From Terriglobia bacterium (GTDB lineage Bacteria; Acidobacteriota; Terriglobia; JAJPHL01; JAPKYU01), in NCBI GenBank assembly GCA_965206645.1, contig CBDBKE010000004.1, positions 1,472,001 to 1,536,000 on the forward strand: a DNA stretch of 64,000 nucleotides. Direction: 5' to 3'. The notes under the pieces are model-generated. The model worked only from the letters and a program-made list of their open reading frames with translations, was not told the DNA's origin and ran no database searches. Both the position numbers and the translations under genes were made by a program. Of this stretch, positions 59,731 to 64,000 are shown piece after piece (position 1 is the first letter of the stretch; each line of letters opens with the position of its first letter).

Positions 59731-60318
59731 TGTACTGGCCTCCTGCGCTTGGCCAGTCGCAATCGTTGGTCGGGCATCCAGGTCCAGCCGGTGCGCGAGT
59801 TCTGCGACCCAACCGCAGGCCGCTGGGTCTTCAAGGCCACGGTCTATAAATCTCCTGGCTCCCGAGGGTTCGTCGGCTACGGGGACGCCGACCCCTCCAA
59901 CGTGTCCGCTTTGGTCCGTGGGGCTGAGATGCGCATGGCCGAGACCCGGGCCGTCAACCGAGCCCTCCGCAAGGCTTATGGCATCGGGCTGTGCTCAGTG
60001 GAGGAGCTCGGGACCTTCTCCCCTCGAATCGAGCCCAGCCACGTGTCCACTAAAGCTCCTGTGGCAGCGGCGCAGAGCGTTTCCGGCAATGGGCGCCCGC
60101 GCCTGCGCGACCGGCTCTGCCAGTTGATCCGTCAGCACCGACTCGACCCTGCCTTGGTCAAACTCTATGCCACCGAATTCTGCGGAACCGAAAACCTCCG
60201 CGATGCTACCCCGGAGCGGGTCGAGGCTTTCATCAACAACCTCGCAGAACGAGCTGCCAAGGACCGAGCCGGGCTGCTCTGCCAACTCAACAGCTACGCC
60301 CGGCCCCAGGGAGGCTAA
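59731..60318 (+). CDS. Putative single-strand annealing protein (Rad52/Redbeta-superfamily-like), N-terminus missing and fused in frame to the upstream relic
   Basis: GLLRLA, FVGYGDADPSNV, MRMAETRAVNRALRKAYGIGLCSVEE; context with SSB-like and exonuclease genes. Confidence 0.5.
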   Translation, partial: CTGLLRLASRNRWSGIQVQPVREFCDPTAGRWVFKATVYKSPGSRGFVGYGDADPSNVSALVRGAEMRMAETRAVNRALRKAYGIGLCSVEELGTFSPRIEPSHVSTKAPVAAAQSVSGNGRPRLRDRLCQLIRQHRLDPALVKLYATEFCGTENLRDATPERVEAFINNLAERAAKDRAGLLCQLNSYARPQGG

Positions 60319-60321
60319 GTT

Positions 60322-60765
60322 ATGAAACGTCACATCCCAGGCCTCCACCAGGAGGCGCGCGATGGAGACGACATCCCGGAAGGGATCTTCCTGGTCGAGA
60401 TCGGGCGAGTGTTCTACCGCTACCATCCGCAGAAGCCCTTCTTTGCTCTTCGCTTGGCCATTCTCGAGCCCGAGGAGCTTGCCGGCAGGACGCTGTCCGG
60501 GCGCCTCTACTGTACCCCCAAGGCCCTGTGGAAGCTGAACTGGTTCCTGCGGGACTTTGGTTATGACGCGGAACTGTTGGACCAGGAAATGGTGGACGAA
60601 AAAGCTCTCCTGGGCCTGCGCGGAGTGGTCAGGGTCTCGCACTCCAACGTGAATGGTCGTTCCTACCTCAACCTGGATGGGTTTGCCGCGGCGGGAGAGT
60701 GGGAGGAACTCTCTGCGACGCCCGTCCATAGCAGCGACGGCCAGAAGGAGAGCGATGACCTATAG
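60322..60765 (+). CDS. Putative phage-type ssDNA-binding protein (DUF669-like OB fold)
   Basis: IPEGIFLVEI...AGR...ALWKLNWFL...LLG.RGVVRV...SYLNL; acidic C-terminal tail. Confidence 0.55.
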   Translation: MKRHIPGLHQEARDGDDIPEGIFLVEIGRVFYRYHPQKPFFALRLAILEPEELAGRTLSGRLYCTPKALWKLNWFLRDFGYDAELLDQEMVDEKALLGLRGVVRVSHSNVNGRSYLNLDGFAAAGEWEELSATPVHSSDGQKESDDL

Positions 60766-61558
60766 CTACACCCAGATCAGCCAGTACCTAGGCTGTCCCC
60801 GCCGCTACCGCCACCGCTATCTGGACGGCTGGCGGGAGAAGGAAACCCGGGCCAGCTTGCTGTTCGGGCGGGTATTTGAGAAGGCTCTTGCCGCCTATTT
60901 CCGCCGCCAGGACAGCGTTGCCGTTCTATTCGAAGAGTGGGGTGCCTATCGCGAGACCCCTTTAGAGTACGCCAATGGCGACAGCTGGGAGCGGATGGTC
61001 CGCCAGGGGGTGCAGCTGCTGGAACGGTTCGCTCAGGATGACCGCATCCGAATTCGCCAGCCTCGCCGCAACCTGCAGGCCAAGCTGGGGCGGCAACTTA
61101 CGAATGGGAACGACTTCGTAGCCTACATTGATGCCCTCGGGTATCTGGACAGCACACGGTGCTTGATCGAGTGGAAAACCACCAGCAGCCGCTACCCGGA
61201 GGAGCCCGAAGGCCTGCTGGGACTTGACCCGCAGCTGGTCTGCTACTCCTGGGTGACCGGCCTGGCCGAGGTCGCCCTGGTCGTGTTCGTGCGCAACCGC
61301 CTGCCTGAAATCCAGTACCTGCGGACGTCGATCAGCGAAGAACAACGCCAGGAGTTCGCGCAATTGGTCGACCAGAGCATCGGCCAGATCGAGGCCGGCC
61401 ACTTCCTACCCCACAGCGACATCCGCTTTCCCCAGAACGGCTGCCTCAGCTGCCCCTACTTGGGACTGTGCCTGGACCGTCCGGAGCTGGTCCAGGCCCG
61501 GCTCTACCGCCGGCCGGAGGCCAACGACCTTGCATGGCTTGACCAACTTGCGGGCTAA
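60755..61558 (+). CDS. PD-(D/E)XK nuclease, RecB/AddB/Cas4-like, with probable Fe-S cluster
   Basis: SYTQISQYLGCPRRY, YID...IEWKT, QL..Y, C-terminal CLSCPYLGLC. Confidence 0.85.
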   Translation: MTYSYTQISQYLGCPRRYRHRYLDGWREKETRASLLFGRVFEKALAAYFRRQDSVAVLFEEWGAYRETPLEYANGDSWERMVRQGVQLLERFAQDDRIRIRQPRRNLQAKLGRQLTNGNDFVAYIDALGYLDSTRCLIEWKTTSSRYPEEPEGLLGLDPQLVCYSWVTGLAEVALVVFVRNRLPEIQYLRTSISEEQRQEFAQLVDQSIGQIEAGHFLPHSDIRFPQNGCLSCPYLGLCLDRPELVQARLYRRPEANDLAWLDQLAG

Positions 61559-62264
61559 CGGACAGTCGCTGGAGCCACCTAAGCTGAACCGCCGCCGGGC
61601 GCTCTTCGTGTTGGCCAAGATCGACGTGATCCTGGCCTGGGAGCAGAACCTGGAACGGGAGCGGGACAGTCGCTTTGTCGATTTAGGCCGCTACCTTTGC
61701 GAGGTCCGTAGCGGCCAGTATTGGCGGCTCGACAAACTCAGCTGCTTCGACGAGTTCTTGGAGAAGCGCTTCCCGGAATCCCGGCGCAAGGCTTACTACC
61801 TGATGGCGATCCACGAACATCTGCCAAAGACGGTGCGGCGAGAGTTGAAACAAGTGGGTTGGAGCAAGACGGCGGAGTTGGTCAAGGTGGCCCGCTCGGA
61901 AGGGCAGGGATTCGATTGTGCAACCTGGTTGCACAAAGCTCACTCTTTGCCAAAAGAAGAATTCAAGCGCGAGGTTGAGCGCCATCTGAGCAGCAAGGAA
62001 ACGGAGCCTTGGGAACTGATCTACTTCAAGCTGTACAAGAGTCAGCTGCCCGTAGTCGAGCAAGCCCTGGAGGCAGCCGCCCTGATGCTCGGGACAGATA
62101 AATCCCGGGGTTACTGCCTGGAGATGATCTGCGCCGACTTCCTGTCGGGAGCGAATCTGGGGAAAGGCAACACAAACGCCCTTTTCAGCTCCCTGTGTCA
62201 CTTGTTTGGGTTTCTCCCTCTTCCGCAGAGGCAGAAGTTTCTGGGGCAAGAGAGAGAAGCTTGA
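61530..62264 (+). CDS. Hypothetical protein, DUF3102-like (start uncertain)
   Basis: VDLGRYLCEV...FDEFLE..F..SRRKAYYLMAI...GWSK pattern; translationally coupled in the module. Confidence 0.6.
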   Translation: MHGLTNLRANGQSLEPPKLNRRRALFVLAKIDVILAWEQNLERERDSRFVDLGRYLCEVRSGQYWRLDKLSCFDEFLEKRFPESRRKAYYLMAIHEHLPKTVRRELKQVGWSKTAELVKVARSEGQGFDCATWLHKAHSLPKEEFKREVERHLSSKETEPWELIYFKLYKSQLPVVEQALEAAALMLGTDKSRGYCLEMICADFLSGANLGKGNTNALFSSLCHLFGFLPLPQRQKFLGQEREA

Positions 62265-62521
62265 TGACTCAGTTCCGCCCAAAACGGCCAAGGCTCCGGT
62301 TGGACCCGCAGTCCTACAACCGGTTGCGGCAGCAGGTGCTGGAACGAGATGGGTGGCGCTGCCAGCGTTGTGGACGTTGCTCCGAACTTCAGGTGCACCA
62401 CATCCAGTCAAGAAACAGGCTGGGACACGACGCCGAACACAATCTGATCAGCCTCTGTACCAGTTGTCATCAAGCTGTCCATCTCCACAGAGACAGTACC
62501 GCTTTCTACAACGGTGGTTGA
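62264..62521 (+). CDS. HNH endonuclease
   Basis: VLERDGWRCQRCG...LQVHHI...NLISLCTSCHQAVH. Confidence 0.9.
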   Translation: MTQFRPKRPRLRLDPQSYNRLRQQVLERDGWRCQRCGRCSELQVHHIQSRNRLGHDAEHNLISLCTSCHQAVHLHRDSTAFYNGG

Positions 62522-63030
62522 CAACTCCACTGTTATTGCAGAGTGGCAGTCCTCTCCAAATCTTCGAGAAAAGTTGATGACTCCCCGCTCGACCTTCAAC
62601 AGCGGATTGAGATGCACTGCGCCGCAGTTAACCACCTGTCGCAATTCTTCTGCGGGGATCAGCTCGATATAGCCGATGGTGAAATTTAGCACTGCCGTCT
62701 CCACCGCGCCCGGGTTGGTGCCGATGAAGGCGAAGCTGGATTCCGGCACTGGGCGTTACCGCTGGTTGGTTCACGGGCGCCGGAAGTGGCGCGAAGACCA
62801 GGGTGCCCGTCTAACACTGCCTGTTGACAGGCGTGACGGTGACCCCGGAGGGAACTCCCATGAGAATAACCTCAAGCGTAGTCCCGGTGCTGGGCGGTGA
62901 GGAGCGTCAGAAAACGCCGCCTCCTGCCCGCTGTGGCAGTGAGAGGACATGGGGAACGCCTCGGTCACCGACACCGCGAAAGGGTACATGTGGTTTCCGG
63001 GTGACTCGTGGTGGGTCGAAGAACCAAAAC
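62483..63030 (-). pseudogene. Frameshifted relic of an acidobacterial S-layer-like/surface protein
   Basis: Fragments in different frames: FAVSVTEAFP, GTTLEVILMGVPSGVTVTP, AVLNFTIG, ITVELSTTVVESGTVSV. Confidence 0.4.
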
Positions 63031-63034
63031 CCGC

Positions 63035-63143
63035 CGTGCTCTGGCGGGTGAACGGAAGGACCACCGGGACTGCCCATGTCAGTCCCAATCTGATGCTGAT
63101 CTACCGCAAGCCGGATGCTGAGCACCTGGACCTGGTGCACCTC
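63035..63143 (+). pseudogene. Fragment of a YafQ-family (RelE superfamily) toxin gene
   Basis: RALAGERKDHRDC[+1 base]HVSPNLMLIYRKPDAEHLDLVHL matches the YafQ C-terminal pattern. Confidence 0.7.
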
Positions 63144-63230
63144 CGGGCCGGCGTAGATTCTCAAAGCAGCTTGGGCCGATCTCTCGACCTACGTTCAGCC
63201 TCACTAGCCGCCTGGCCGATTGGATGATCT

Positions 63231-63263
63231 AAAAAAAGGGAGCCCGATTCGGATCGGACTCCC
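63231..63263 (-). terminator. Rho-independent terminator
   Basis: GGGAGTCCGAT-CCGA-ATCGGGCTCCC followed by T7 on the minus strand, downstream of the S-layer-like gene. Confidence 0.85.
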
Positions 63264-63336
63264 CTTTCGGTTTTTAGTCTCGTGCGTAAGGCTCTTTGCT
63301 CACAAGAGGAGCCGCTGCACGATGGCCCTTCTTAAC

Positions 63337-64000
63337 TTAATCCGTCTTCACCGCGAGATAACCCTGCGCCAGGTCGGCGTCTTCGTCGGTGATGAAGGCA
63401 AAGCCGTACGCATTCCGAAATTCACAGGTTGCAGTGATATAGCCCTGGAATTCGGCGGCAATATTTGACAGAAGATCGACCCACTGTGCCCCACCCGCGA
63501 CCTGCTCGGGCGTCATCAGATCATCAGGAGCATCGGGACCGCTGTACTCGATGGTGCAGTAGCCCTTTCCCTCCGAGGCATTCGTGATGACCAGTCCGGT
63601 ATTGAAGCCGAGCTTGTTGGTCACGAACGGGAACAGCAGCGTCGTGGTGCAATCGCTGATCTCGATCACATCGTTGGTGGGGCCGCTGGCATAACGCGTC
63701 GTCTTTGAAACGTCATCGGTCACGGGATGGTAGCTGACGGTCACGGAACCGGTATTAAGCGCCGGCTCTCCCGCCTTCCACGTGAACGTTATCGTCAACT
63801 CATTCCATTCCATTGCTTTCGCGGGGTCCGTCCCCTCGCGCACGTCGGCAGTATCCCCGTCCTCATCGACGAAGTTGTATATGATCTGACCCGCCCGTGC
63901 TGTTGACAGAGCGACGTTTCCGTCCTCAAGGCCGCTCATCTCCCCCCCGGTCATCAACGTGAGTGGGGCTAAATCGCCCGATATAACTTGTGGGGAAGCG
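63337..64000 (-). CDS. C-terminal part of an acidobacterial S-layer-like surface protein (5' end outside window)
   Basis: CTTTLLFPFVTN..GFNTGLVITN, FQGYITATCEF..AYGFAFITD...LAQGYLA. Confidence 0.7.
   Translation of the reverse strand, partial: ASPQVISGDLAPLTLMTGGEMSGLEDGNVALSTARAGQIIYNFVDEDGDTADVREGTDPAKAMEWNELTITFTWKAGEPALNTGSVTVSYHPVTDDVSKTTRYASGPTNDVIEISDCTTTLLFPFVTNKLGFNTGLVITNASEGKGYCTIEYSGPDAPDDLMTPEQVAGGAQWVDLLSNIAAEFQGYITATCEFRNAYGFAFITDEDADLAQGYLAVKTD

Noticed and set aside
58915-60318. 467-aa ORF as a genuine novel membrane-anchored fusion protein
   Set aside because: The linker is an inverted piece of the glycosyltransferase gene, so the fusion looks accidental
60755-61558. Cas4 of a CRISPR-Cas system
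   Set aside because: No cas1, cas2 or array nearby; the context fits a phage-type exonuclease

Overview
GC-rich bacterial chromosome segment whose gene content points to Acidobacteriota (Solibacter-type C-terminal domain protein, acidobacterial S-layer-like protein, futalosine pathway). Most of it is housekeeping: a type IV pilus/T2SS-like assembly cluster, a TetR-regulated TolC-HlyD-ABC (Ybh-like) exporter, aldehyde dehydrogenase plus NCS1 permease, proS, PBP1B, dnaB-alr, yacL-ispD-ispF, mqnA-mqnC, a lysine/DAP operon, aguBA, hemD-hemY and amtB-P(II)-porin. Three things stand out. (1) A four-helix-bundle (23S rRNA IVS-protein/Avd-like) gene sits inside an operon between inverted heptamer arrays, and many gene-less inverted 7- to 9-mer arrays occupy other operon junctions. 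Together they suggest a family of stem-forming mobile mini-cassettes and their scars. (2) A phage-like recombination module (putative SSAP, SSB, Fe-S PD-(D/E)XK nuclease, DUF3102-like protein, HNH) lies in a decayed island at 59-63 kb, joined to a truncated and partly inverted membrane glycosyltransferase gene. (3) An IS3-family element without a target duplication truncates the genes on both sides. All family assignments come from reading motifs by eye; no database searches were run.
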